Part shown: positions 13,001 to 25,799 of the stretch, piece by piece
How positions within the stretch are numbered: the first letter of the stretch is position 1
Layout: every line of letters starts with the position of its first letter
Assembly (NCBI RefSeq): GCF_006345805.1
Contig: NC_043006.1
Coordinates: 99,820,001-99,884,000 of the forward strand
Source of the DNA: Octopus sinensis
Lineage: Eukaryota
Length of the DNA: 64,000 nt
Direction: 5' to 3'
Notes under the pieces: model-generated
What the model was told of the DNA's origin: nothing
What the model saw: only the letters and a program-made list of their open reading frames with translations
Databases searched by the model: none
Translations under genes and position numbers: made by a program

Positions 13001-14547
13001 CTTACAAAGCAATGAATATTTATTCGAAAACTGCATCGTTATGTAGATTATTCGTGTCAAAACCTGAAAACTCATGAGAATTTGACGCGTATTTATATAT
13101 GCATGTCTGTTTGTGTGTGTATGTGTGTGTTTGTGTGAGTTAGTGTGCATTTATTTTAGTATGTTCTTATATGACTTTATCAGCTTATTTTTAAAGGGCT
13201 AATTTTCTAAAATAGATTGCCTAAATTCAATTTATGAGCGGTTTTGGTTTAGATGATTAAAAATGTATGATGAGCCATGATTAATTTTGGGAACACACAA
13301 TACCCTCATTTGTGAAGAATGATGTAGGTTAATTTAATCACCCCAGATATATTTGTCGTAAGTATTCTCTCAGCTCCCTTGATGAATACATTTAGAGATC
13401 GATTCCGAGAAAATTGACTTCAAGGCAATAATGAAATGAACGAGGTACAACAAAACCAACCATATTGCTGTTTGGGGATTTCATTGATTAACACATGATA
13501 TACCCGTTGAACGAGAGCATCATATTAATTTGCTCCGTTCTATGTTTCTTCACTGCATTATTTTATCGGTCAATGTGAGATCTCGTTTCCAAATAAGGTG
13601 CTATTAAAATCACAAAAGTGGTTGCCTGATTTATTACTTTCTACTATAAAACAATTGATTAATTCCAATGCGTCCACCACAATTCGAGAAATTATTGCAT
13701 TGCACTGCAAAATATCCATTTTACACAGTATTAAAATGTCAAGAAGCATTACTTCTACAAAATTGGAAAATCCACGGGGGCAATTTCAATTTTTTTTTAA
13801 AGCTTTAGTTGGTTTTCCGTCGGTTTTCACGATTATAATGGTTGCTTATTCAACTAAAGTACCTTGTTATTCAGTTATATGTAAGTAAAATACTTTGCTG
13901 GTATCCGTAGCAAGATTCGCAGGTAGTATCAATGTGCCATGATTTGTGATGAAGCTGATCCTTAAAAAGTGTACCAGCTTGCTGCTTAAAGAAACAGCAA
14001 GTCGGTACAAGATGCTCTGAAGCAGGTAACACTAATACTATTAACGTTTCTCTTGATCGTCATAAGAGGAAAACTTCAGAAAAAAGGTTTTGTTGCATTC
14101 CAGTGGGTTGGGACTCTAAAGATATAGGACAACTTATGATGAATGGAGTAGGACCTGAGAAAAAGGAGAATATGTACGAAGAAAGGATGTCCGAGTAAGT
14201 CGGCAGTAAATGCAGTAATTGATACAGGTAATATTTAGTGAGAAATATATGCTGGAGATGCAATGATACAAAATTCAAGTCAGTGGAGTAGATTTAGGAG
14301 AATGGTTGTGCGATAAATATCATGAATTTACTAAAGATGGTAAAAGCGTGTGTTGTTTCAAAAGATTTGGAGGAAAGAGAGGAGATAAGAATGTTTCATA
14401 TGGAATAAGACTGCAGATGGGAAGTGAAAATACGAAAAGTTTGAAGATGCGAAATAACACGAAAGAGAAATTTCAAAATGTTGCTCAATATATGAAACTT
14501 TTATTTGGTCAGTTGACGGCCAAAATTGGGTAGGCTACTTTGTTACA

Positions 14548-14761
14548 CTTTTACTTGTTTCAGTCATTTTACTGTGGCCATGCTGGAGCACCGCTTTTAA
14601 TCGAGAAAATCGCCCCTAGTACTTATTCTTTGTAAGCCTAGTACTTATTCTATCGGTCTCTTTCCCCGAACCGCTAAGTTACGGGGACGTAAACACACCA
14701 GCATCGTTTCTCAAGCGATGTTGCGGGGACAAACACAGACACACAAACACACACACACACG

Positions 14762-14807
<46 letters not shown>

Positions 14808-14977
14808 CGTATTTATACATATATACGACGGGCTTCTTTCAGTTTCCGTCTACCAAATCCACTCACAAGCATTTGGTCGCTCCGAGTCTATAGTAGAAGA
14901 TATTTGCCCAAGTTTCCACGCAGTGGGACTGTACTCGGAACCATGTGGTTCGTAAGCAAGCTACATACCACACACCC
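14548..14977 (-). mobile_element. tRNA-derived SINE family A
   Basis: Reverse complement of the 44149/60499 copies, with an internal CA/TA microsatellite. Confidence 0.85.
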
Positions 14978-17590
14978 ATATAACAGTATATCAATGTTTA
15001 TTTACGCGTCTATAGAAGAGTATCTGAAATGAGCCTGCTGGCCAGCATATGTTTACGTACAGTCGCACAGTCATACACACACATATTACGCAAACAATGG
15101 AGGGAAACTGCAGAGAGTAAGCTTCAAATCGCGTTTTCATACACAGATAGACACGCACACGCTCGCACACACACACGCACGAACCCTTATAACAGTGCAT
15201 GGCCTTGTGGTGGGCGATGATAAATATATGCTTATGACATTCACAGGGATCCAATGCACTTCCGTAGTTGCATATGAATAAAAGCATATATAGCAAATAC
15301 ACATAAGTAAATATGCCTGCAAACCGCTATCCATATGTATATATATGGTAATTCTCATTTGCTCAGGAATCAGATACACACTTGCCACTACATGTGCACA
15401 ATTATATAAGAAAACATTAATACAAATCAGCTCGTATATATATAAATATATTTATATGTATGTGTACAGAGGTAGGTGAGCCAGGATCAGGAAAGAAAAC
15501 ATAAGATACCCGTTTAAACCTGGAGGTAATAAAATGTTACTTGCTGGTTGTGCAGAAAGAATATAAGAAATACATCGTAATTATATTTACAATACGTACA
15601 ATTACATTTCTACGTTTTTCCACCTGCTTTCTTAGACCTGTTCTGTATAAAAGGCACAATAATTATTCTAAATATTATATAACAGTGTTATGCAATGCAA
15701 ATTGATATTAACAGCAGTTCATACGTTAAGAGAAAACTGACATTTCAGTTAATATAAAACAGCAGTACTTATATTCAATATAGCACTTTGTCAATGCAGA
15801 TTGGAAATAGTCACCAATATGGAGTTTTTGAAATGACAACATTGATAAGAGTAAAACGCTTCGTCCGGATATTAATACAATGTCATTTTTCAATGTCACG
15901 CGATTAGAACGGATAATTTCCTTATGATATAATTGAGAATAAACCTGAGCAGAATCGTGTGTGTTAAGCACGTGTCCTGTGTTAGATAAGCTAAATGAAA
16001 AGTTCACTTCATATATGTGTACATTGTTTGAGATATTTCATTAGCGTAAGCTCGCACCTTGCATCCTCGCTAGATGATTAAAGGATTATTTTAGTAAAAA
16101 TGTTTCAGTGATTGCGATAAGTGTTCAATCGCATAGACTGCTGTCACTTGTAAAGTTTTAGGCTACAATGGTTAACCAAGTATAATCTATATTGACCTGT
16201 AGCTATGTATTTCATCTACTCATTATTTGCAAGGCTCACAAAATTGGTCGAAGTTTATTTAGCTATCTTAAAGTCAAGGAAAAGGCATATAAGTTAAAAT
16301 AAACTGTAGCTTCATGACAGGTTATTGGACTACAAATTTCAGATGTTTGCTCGCCTACGACTCATATGCTTACATCTGTGACAAAAATTCTTTCTCCACG
16401 GGCAATGTGAGTATTTGCGCGAACCTGTCGGAGAAGAACCCGGGATGAAACGTATGTCTATAGAGAAGCCAGTCTTGGAAAGCTGGTGAAAAGAAATTTT
16501 GTAGAAGATAGAGCAATGTATATGGTACGGTAATCTGCGGAACTAACAAAATCGATAGGAGAACGTAGGGTGAAATATCTCTTTTATACCGTTATCTATA
16601 TTAATATTTGTCAGGTTCAGCTCACGCACTGCATAAACTTGAATTTCCTAATGGAATATTCTGTCCACCACAGACATGTTTCTAATGTGTGTTGTAAGAC
16701 TCTATCAAAAGTACAAATAAAGTAAGTAACACTTGGACTTCAAAGAAAATTACTATAACCACTTTCTTACAATTGTATAACACTGTAAAATTGCTGTTGA
16801 TTCCGACGTCAAAACTTTGATTGGAATTGTTCAATTCAGTTAAATATACCACAAACCAAACACTCATATGGAAGTTAGTAAAGAAAGTTCTTTTAAGGTT
16901 GAAGATAATACATTATTATGTGTTTCTTGGAGTTTATTGTCCAACACTTTGCGGAATCACTGTCTACTGGGAGACGGCTGATAGAATCAAGGACGTAATA
17001 GGCCAGGCTTTGGTCTTGTACCACAATGGAGAATGTAAACAGCTTTTTTGTGGTAGATATCATCTATGTAACCTTCGACAAGACATAGGGCTTTACTGCA
17101 TTTGCACGCAATGCACTATACACTGCTACTTTACATAGAGATAAATATTTACCTAGCATGCTTTGGGGAATTAGATTACCTGAAGTTTATAATGATACTG
17201 GTGGAGGTTTGCGAGTGACATGGGCAACGAACGCAGATGAGTGAAGCATACAAACCAAAGATTCGTATCAATTTATTTCATCCGACTCCACAGAACACTC
17301 CTCAGCCTTCCTCGACCAACTGATGTCACGCGATTCGTAACTTCCTGACACATTTTATGACAACATGCAACAGCCAGCTAAACCTCTGGAGCTTCCTTTT
17401 ATTTTCTAAGGAAATTACGCTATTTGTTTACCATAGATATCATATACACCTGGACAGTTATCTCACACAGGTAAGATTATATTTTGTATTGCGTTGTATT
17501 CTCCTTTGCTCTATGGTTTTGGTTTTACTTATCAAATTAACCCTCTTTAGATTCTGACGTCAACACTGCGAACCAAATTTAGGTAAGATA

Positions 17591-17740
17591 TACAAGGGAG
17601 TGCTGAAAAATTCCTGGCTTTACAGTTATCACGAAACGCCTGGTTGGAGTCCCAATTTCTGAGTTATTTTACTGAACTTAGAAAACCTGAAGCGCTGCAG
17701 CAATAATTGTGTGAATCTGAAAGGGGGAAATGGTAGATAA
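17591..17740 (+). mobile_element. Mariner-derived MITE half
   Basis: TIR-like tacaagggagtgctgaaaaattcctggcttt. Body homologous to the reverse complement of 21419-21615. Truncated by a (TA)n tract. Confidence 0.65.
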
Positions 17741-18342
17741 TATATATATATTATATATATATATATATAATATATATATATATAATATATATATATATAT
17801 GTATGTATGTATATATATATGTATATATGCATGTATGTATATATGTATAGAATGAAAATACAATAAATATAATATAGACCACTGAAATATTTCTGTAGCA
17901 TATTTCCCCGGCATTAAACTAATTCTGACACAACTTTGTACGTATCTATGCAGTCTATTATGAAACCGTTGAACAGGAAATAGCAAAGATCAGGGGTTGA
18001 TGTTTATATAAATTTTGTGTAACTTAGTCCCAGGAACCGCCAAATAGCGAAGATCTCAGTGATTAATCAATATCAGGCAAAAGAGAGTCATCAACTGACT
18101 GAGCATCTTATTCGAATGCTTACAACTGAACTGACTTTACTACAAGAACCCGATTACCAGCGAGAGATGCCGACCGCTTTTAGATACCGCGCGTATATTT
18201 ACATTAATAACATAAGCAATCATATTAAACGAACAGTCAAATAATTTCAACTACGGTACACGGTAAAGATATATCATTTCATCGTATATTATGTTAGGTA
18301 TATTGTATTATCATCATGCCGAGGTGAGAGGGACAGTTAAAC

Positions 18343-18374
18343 AGATAGATAGATAGATAGATAGACAGACAGAC

Positions 18375-18453
<79 letters not shown>

Positions 18454-18456
18454 TAC

Positions 18457-18507
<51 letters not shown>

Positions 18508-18577
18508 CAAACAGACAGACAGACAGATAGATAGATAGATAGATAGATAGACAAGCAGACAGACAGACAGACAGAAG

Positions 18578-18617
<40 letters not shown>

Positions 18618-18642
18618 CATAGATAGATAGATAGATAGATAC

Positions 18643-18693
<51 letters not shown>
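18343..18693. repeat. (GATA)n/(GACA)n tetranucleotide array
   Basis: Direct reading. Confidence 0.95.
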
Positions 18694-18694
<1 letters not shown>

Positions 18695-18916
18695 GTTTCT
18701 TTATTGGCCACACAGGGCTGCACACAGATGGGACAAGTTACAAGGTAGAGCTTTTCTTTTGGGGGAGAAAAAAAAAGGGTGGCGTAGGTTTTCGATCAAA
18801 AGGGATCGTAAAAGGGAAAAAAGAACAAAAAAAAGAAAAAAAGAAAAAAGAAAAATAAGGAAAAGAAAAAAGGGAAAAAAGAAAAGAAAATGAAAAAAGA
18901 AGAAAAAAGTGGAAAA
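18694..18916 (-). mobile_element. Retroposon-like 3' end embedded in (GATA)n
   Basis: Minus strand has a pyrimidine-rich stretch, then ...gtgcagccctgtgtggccAATAAAgaaactt directly followed by (ATCT)n. GATA repeats on both flanks. Confidence 0.5.
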
Positions 18917-19731
18917 ATAGATAGATAGATAGATAGAGAGAGAGATAGACAGACAGACAGAGTCGTGATATTTTTGTGAATGTGTTTGTGTGGGAGCGTG
19001 TGTATACTTGTGTTTGTGTGAATGCATGTCTCGGTCTATGAGTGCGTGTGTGTGTGTGATTGCGTGTTCATATGTAGGTGTGCATTTGAGTGAACCCTAT
19101 GTGCGCTACCTTCTCCCATTGATACGTCTGCAGCCCTCCGAGAAATAAACAACTCATCGACATACTAAACTGGTGAAACCACATTCGTTATAACAGTGTT
19201 TACTTTCCGTTACGTTACGTGTGTGTCCGTACATGATGCTCCTTTGTGTGTTTATGTGTATGCCTGTATATGTATTCCATAAACATATGCGATTGCACGT
19301 ATGTGTTTAGTCCAGGATCATTAGATGCAGATCTCTTCCAATGTTTTACAAATTCTTAGTTTACCATTAGTCCATTGCATTTGCAAAGTGTGAATCAATA
19401 TGGTTTCTCATTTTTGTAAAACCCGTACATTTCTAGGCATTTACGCAAATCTGTTGCAATATTATCCACCGCACCAATGGAAATCTATATCCTAATGCAA
19501 AATTACCAAGATTTTCTCTTTTCCACGTATGTTCGAGGAAACCTTCACACATGCCGAGCAGGTGATCTCTGCAACAGTGCATGACTTTTGCTCACTCTTC
19601 CGTACAACAATATCTAACGTATTGTGTTTATGCCGCAATGATATTGGGCTGTTTCAAGAGAATAATTCTAATGTATGTGAATATATAGTAGGTGCACATG
19701 CAACAGTTTTATGCACGTGATTGCAAGTGTT

Positions 19732-19800
<69 letters not shown>

Positions 19801-19992
19801 GTGTGTGTGTATACATGACGATAGGTCTGCGTATGTGTAACTGTGAGTATTTGCGCATAAATGCCTAATTCTCTCATACTTACAACAAAAGCTGGAAGTT
19901 GCATATGTGCCACATGTTACGAGTTTCACTATTAAGATAGCGATAAAATCCCATTCAAATTTTGCATTTATTTTTACAGGCGCTGACATGAC

Positions 19993-20147
19993 AGTGTTCT
20001 AAGTAGCTTGCTTCCCAACCACACAGTTTATGTTCAATCCCATTGCATAGCTCTTTTGGCAAGTATTTTCTAATGTAACTTCTGGCTGACGAAAGCCTTG
20101 AGACTGGAAACTAAAAGAAGCCCGTTGTATATATATATGTATATATG

Positions 20148-20195
<48 letters not shown>

Positions 20196-20205
20196 CATAT
20201 ATACA

Positions 20206-20242
<37 letters not shown>

Positions 20243-20495
20243 GTATGTGTGTATGTATGTATGTATATCTGGGGATGAGTCTTTGTGTTTGTGCTTGTCC
20301 CACAATAATGCTTGACAACCAGGTCTAGCGTGTTTACGAACTCGTAAACTAACGGTTCAAGAAAAGAGAGCAATATAATAAGTATTGAGGCCTATCACAA
20401 AATAAGTAATGAGGCTGATTCATTAGACTAACGAATTCTTCAAGGCGGTACCCCATCATAGCCGCAGTCTAGTGAGTGAAACAAGATAAAGATAA
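19993..20495 (+). mobile_element. Degenerate SINE family A
   Basis: Head (aagtagcttgcttcccaacc...gaaactaaaagaagcccg), internal microsatellite and tail (aaggcggt...gccgcagtc...gaaacaag) all recognisable. Confidence 0.7.
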
Positions 20496-21418
20496 CAGCT
20501 TGACTCAGGACTTCCATTACTGAAATTCAATAAACATAGAATATTTTAACAATTTGGTGTAAGTTTCCCAAATGCTGGTCATCTATTGTTTCTTGTTTTT
20601 ACTTTGGAATATTTTAAAACTAGAAATTCAAAGCGTTCTTTTGTTTTCATAAAAAAATCTCTCCCAAGGCTTCTTTTGTAACATGACTCCAATATGATTT
20701 CCATATCTGTAATAAAATGTTCATGCAAAACGTAAAAAAATACTTTAATGAGACTGACTTATGAGTTGAAATCTATTTTAGCGATTATTTTTTGACAGTA
20801 GTTTATTGTTAAATATCTTTATAATTCACGTGTATTTATCAAACACATTTATGAGTTTCAATTCATTTATTTGATTTTTCTTCCAACTAATGCTAAATTC
20901 AATTTTTATCAGCCTTTATTGATTTGCCTTGATTTTTTATATTCTTTCAATTAGTTTAAATTTTAGTCATATCATTTCAATTCAGTGGCAGTTTTACAGG
21001 ATTTGAAAGAATTTACAGTTTCTCTTTTACCATAAATTTGAAATTATAGATAACCTTATCTATTTTCAACGAATATATTTACCGAAAAGTTTATAACTAA
21101 ATTGTATAACTTGCTTCGTATAATTTCTAAGCTATCTGATATTGAATTTTTTTCTTTTTGCTATAGTTTGCATTCCCCATAGCTGTGTTCTTTCCTATTA
21201 CTGTCATATATTCTAAACAATTTTCTAGAATGTATTCTATTCCCGAAGCTAGACGTGTAAATTTGCTACAATCGCTATGTTTGAGTCTTCCCCATTCAAT
21301 TCGAATAAACTACCAAACATTATAAAACACTATTAAATATGGAAATAAAGAATACTACAGGATACGAACTGTAAGAGAAATAATGCGGTCTTGTATTCGA
21401 AAGAAACTTCGAAATCAA

Positions 21419-21615
21419 TACGACGTGGTGCTTAAAAGTTCCCGGGTTTGGGTAAAAGAAAATGCAGTAGGATCGATTAAATATGATTTTATTCAACATA
21501 TCAGATTAACACACTTGTTGCAGCGGTCCTTCAGTTTTTTAAAGCACTGTATAAACCAAGAAGCCAAGTCTTTCGCGATATCTTTAAAGCCAGGAACTTT
21601 TCAACAACCCCCGTT
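21419..21615 (-). mobile_element. Mariner-derived MITE
   Basis: Imperfect ~30-bp TIRs (tacgacgtggtgcttaaaagttcccgggttt / aaagccaggaacttttcaacaacccccgt). Minus strand carries KKLKDRCNKCVNL..YVE*, like the mariner C-terminal RW.KC...G.YVE motif. Confidence 0.75.
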
Positions 21616-21632
21616 TATATATATATATATAT

Positions 21633-21667
<35 letters not shown>

Positions 21668-22680
21668 ACGTACGTGCGTGTGTGTGTATTGTATAAAGAA
21701 TTGTGGATAAGGCCAGAACAATGCAAAGTAAAAGCAAGGTAAATTACAAGAAAACAAATATATGAATTAATGTAGGCTTACCTTGCATTCAATATTTCGG
21801 GGTTATCATTCCATCTTCAAGAAATTAAGGAACGTTGCCGATGTGCATGTGCGTGAGTGAGTGTGGAGTGGAAACGGTCGGAAAGTTGTTGCTATAGTAA
21901 CCCGCAAGATTCCTGTTTCTCTCTTCTGCGGTACCTTAAAGACTGAATGAATCTGCTAAAATTATAGAGCGATAGATATATTGAATAACATAAAAAGCTC
22001 TTAAACCTTAGAATTTCTCGTATGTGAAGGAAGTAATAAGGGATCCCCAGAAAAATAATAGGGTGCAATTCGTCTTGCGAAAACTTATTATTTCTTATGG
22101 AAGGACTGTCTTAACTAACGATTTTAAGAAAAACCTTTTTATGCTCCGCCCAAAAGGATTTCTGTGTGGAAACTAACCATGGACTTGGAAGTAAAACTTG
22201 AGGGCACTTTCTCCCATTTATTATGACTGTTCTTAATATCGAGTTGAAGAAATGTTTGAAATGTTTGGTTAAATGTCATTACAATGAGAAGCATACATTT
22301 ACAGTACATTACGGGATATCTCCATAACAACTTATTAGTGATACCCACCTATGATACCTACCTAAAATCTATCATGGATACACAAGGAGTAAACATGTTC
22401 CCATCTTGCTTATACTTTCAACAATTTGATCTATATTGACATTGCTCCTCCCTTACCAACTCACCAAATCAATATCATTCAAACGGGTTCGGATAAAGAT
22501 GATGCTGGTCATCTCTATCAGTTTACAATTACATAAAATTTTACCTAAAAACACATGATCGTGTGATAATAAATAACATAAATTGTCAATTTTTTAAGTC
22601 TATCATATCAAAACCTATAACACACATACGTCTGAATATAATAAGTAAAATAATAACATGAAGATAATATGATTAAGAAC

Positions 22681-22849
<169 letters not shown>

Positions 22850-23562
22850 TGCGAAAGAACTAAACAGTATTATTCCAGGCAATATGATATGCTGAATGAA
22901 ATCCGAGAACAAGGGATTGGAGTCTGGCCTCTGACAACAACAGTTAAATCAGTGGAGAGTTCTGGAAATGTTCGATATGCTTTCATTATACTTCTTTCAT
23001 AATTATTCCATATATTGTATTAACCCCGATTTTTATAAAATATCACATGCAGTTGATTCGGTGTTAGGTAAATTCTTTTTATGTCCCTCGTGAAATGCTT
23101 TCATCTCTGATCTTCTGTGTCCAACGGAAGAAAGATTACGTACAAAACTAGTATAATTGTATGACGGAACTTTTGTTAAGGAACATGCGGATCAGTATCA
23201 ACAATCATTTTCGAAGGTTATCTTGAGTCTAATACATAAAGATTAACATCTTAGGCAATGAAATTTAATCTGACATTTCAAAGTCATGAAACCCTTGAAA
23301 TTGTTCGTGGCTAAGAACCTACGAAATATTTTTGAAATATCCTGATCAAAAGCATCATCTGGCTTCTCATAACAAAATGCAAATAATTTATACGGACGTA
23401 TATACATAGATACGTACACATACATACATATGCACGCACAGAAACGCGCGCACACACACATATACATGCCCGTGTTTCAAAGTATATATATATGTGTGTG
23501 TGGTGTGTGTGTGTGTGTGCTTGTGTATGTATGTAGGTATGTGAGTGTGTGTTTATATATAT

Positions 23563-23978
23563 TTACTCTTTTACTTGTTTCAGTCATTTGATTGTGGCCA
23601 TGCTGGAGCACCACCTTTAGTCGAGCAAACGCTCCCAGGACTTATTCTTCGTAAGTCTAGTACTTATTCTATCCGTCTCTTTTGCCGAACCGCTAAGTTA
23701 CGGGGACATAAACACACCAGCATCAGTTGCCAAGCGATGTTGGGGGGGGGGGCAAACACAGACACACAAACATATATACACACACATACACACATGTATA
23801 TATATATATATATATACATACATATATACGACGGACTTCTTTCAGTTTCCGTCTACCAAATTCACTCACAAGGCTTTTGGTCGGCCCAAGGCTAGAATAG
23901 AAGATACTTCCCCAAGATGTCACGCAGTGGGACTGAACCCGGAACCATGTGGTTGGTAAGCAAGCTACTTACCACAGT
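23563..23978 (-). mobile_element. tRNA-derived SINE family A
   Basis: Reverse complement of the 44149/60499 copies. Confidence 0.88.
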
Positions 23979-24846
23979 CAGTTTTCTAATAAGCAGCGTC
24001 GATTTTACAGTTCTGTAAATAATAACAATAGTACTTTATAAGCCCAAAGGTTAGAAGCGATCACTGTGCAATGATTAATGAAAAAAGTCTAATAATGGGT
24101 CATGTACGCTCTCGACCGAAAAAGTATGTTTTTCCTCGCGTAGTGGAGAAACTACTTTTTTTCCATCAATAACTTATATGCTCCATTATTAGACTGTTTT
24201 CTTTAGTCATTGCACAGTGATGGCTTATTAGTTTTAAGCTTAAAAATACTGATGTGTGCGTGTGAATGTGTGTTTGTTTGTGTTTATGTATGTACGCAGG
24301 CATACATATACGCATACATACATATATAACTTTGAAGTGAAAGATAATATCAATACATGTGAAGATCACTCAATTATAAAATGTTTACCAAAACGTAAAC
24401 CGTATTATTCTGTAGGTTGCACATATTTCCATTGTGGATGGAGCACACTCAACTTTCAGTCGAGTACAGTTCTTCATACCAACGAAAATGTTATGAAAGT
24501 GCATAGTATTAAAAATCTAGAATTTATTGGGAAAGCGATTGTACAAAATAATAGGAAATGGAAGAATAGAATAAAAAGAGAATCTTGGGCAACGGAAACT
24601 CTCCAATGTTTTCGTATACAAACACAAGTCATTATTAAATTTAGTCTGAATAATGACAAAGAATCTCAAATCAACGGTTGGTGTGCAATGCACAGTAAAT
24701 TTCAGTAGTCATACTTAATCAACAAAATTACTATACAAATATGTTGAAGAACATATTTTACATAATAGTATGATGCTTTAATATGCTGAAAAAGCAAATA
24801 TCTCAGATGAAAGAAGAATACGTATTCACTATACACGTGTGTTATA

Positions 24847-25026
24847 GAGGCACATGGGGTAGTTGTTAGAGCTGCGGACTTGCAGTCGAGGGATCGCAGG
24901 TTCGAATCTCAGACCGAATGATGTGTGTATTTATAAGCGAATCACCTAAGCTCCACGCGGTATACGCCAAGGAAACCGGGAAACCGGCCCTATGAGCCAG
25001 GCATGGCTCGAGAAGGAACAGACAAT
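24847..25026 (+). mobile_element. tRNA-derived SINE (family B head, distinct tail)
   Basis: A-box-like gg.tagttgttagagc and B-box ggttcgaatctc, then agcgaatcacctaagctccacgc shared with the 55586 and 45345 copies. Confidence 0.7.
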
Positions 25027-25554
25027 AAAGCATATATGTGTGTTGGTGTATATGTGCGTGTACTGTGTGTGTATATGCACACAGATGTATGGATTTGTAC
25101 GTATCACTACAGAAGTAAACAAATACATACTAGACACATGACAAGCGATCATTAAAAGTTATATTTTTAATGATACATGCATGAAATGGACTTAAAAGAT
25201 TGATCTATCTTCTAACGAGAGATGAAATGAATATCAGGGACCATGACATAACAAGAAATGCAATATAAATCTTCACATTTTGTGCGTTAATTGTAATACA
25301 ACCATTATAGTGGGATATTCAACTAATCTTTTTGGAAAAAAACTGAACAGCATATCTTTATTGATATGCTCCGGATATAATAAACTATGTTGCTTATAAA
25401 TCCAAGTGCGTACTAAAGTTGAAACAAAACATCCGTCAAATTTTCTGTATATTTATATTCAAATATAAAATTTATTTCAACATATACTAGCGTATTTTGA
25501 GAAAAGTAACTCAAGCTGCTCAAATAAATACGGATATATATATATGATAGATCG

Positions 25555-25726
25555 TTAGCCATTACACACATTTTTTTCTCCTTATTTTTTCTGTGTCGCT
25601 TTCTGTAGAAGAGTGTAGGCTCGAAACGTAAAAGCTTTTTCTATTCCTGAGCGTTATACTAGTACGTCTGTTTGTTTTGTACACCACCTGTCTTCGTCTT
25701 TTGTTTTTTTTTCGTAAACTCTCCCT
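25555..25726 (+). mobile_element. ~170-200-bp hammerhead-bearing short repeat (copy 1)
   Basis: Homologous to 28736-28920 and 54751-54962 along its length; ends in (TA)n. Confidence 0.75.
25598..25635 (+). ncRNA. Minimal type-I hammerhead ribozyme-like motif, variant core CUGUAGA
   Basis: gcttt (stem I) CTGTAGA A gagt-gtag-gctc (stem II) GAAA CG TA aaagc (stem I'). Palindromic ACGU stem III, GUA triplet. Confidence 0.6.
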
Positions 25727-25733
25727 ATATATA

Positions 25734-25799
<66 letters not shown>

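Noticed and set aside
16424-16456. ctgtcggagaagaacccgggatgaaacgta as a hammerhead
   Set aside because: Core and stems I and II do not fit; only GAAACGUA matches.
20500-21300. Very decayed PLE RT on the minus strand (IKADK)
   Set aside because: A single short motif amid many stops in AT-rich DNA.
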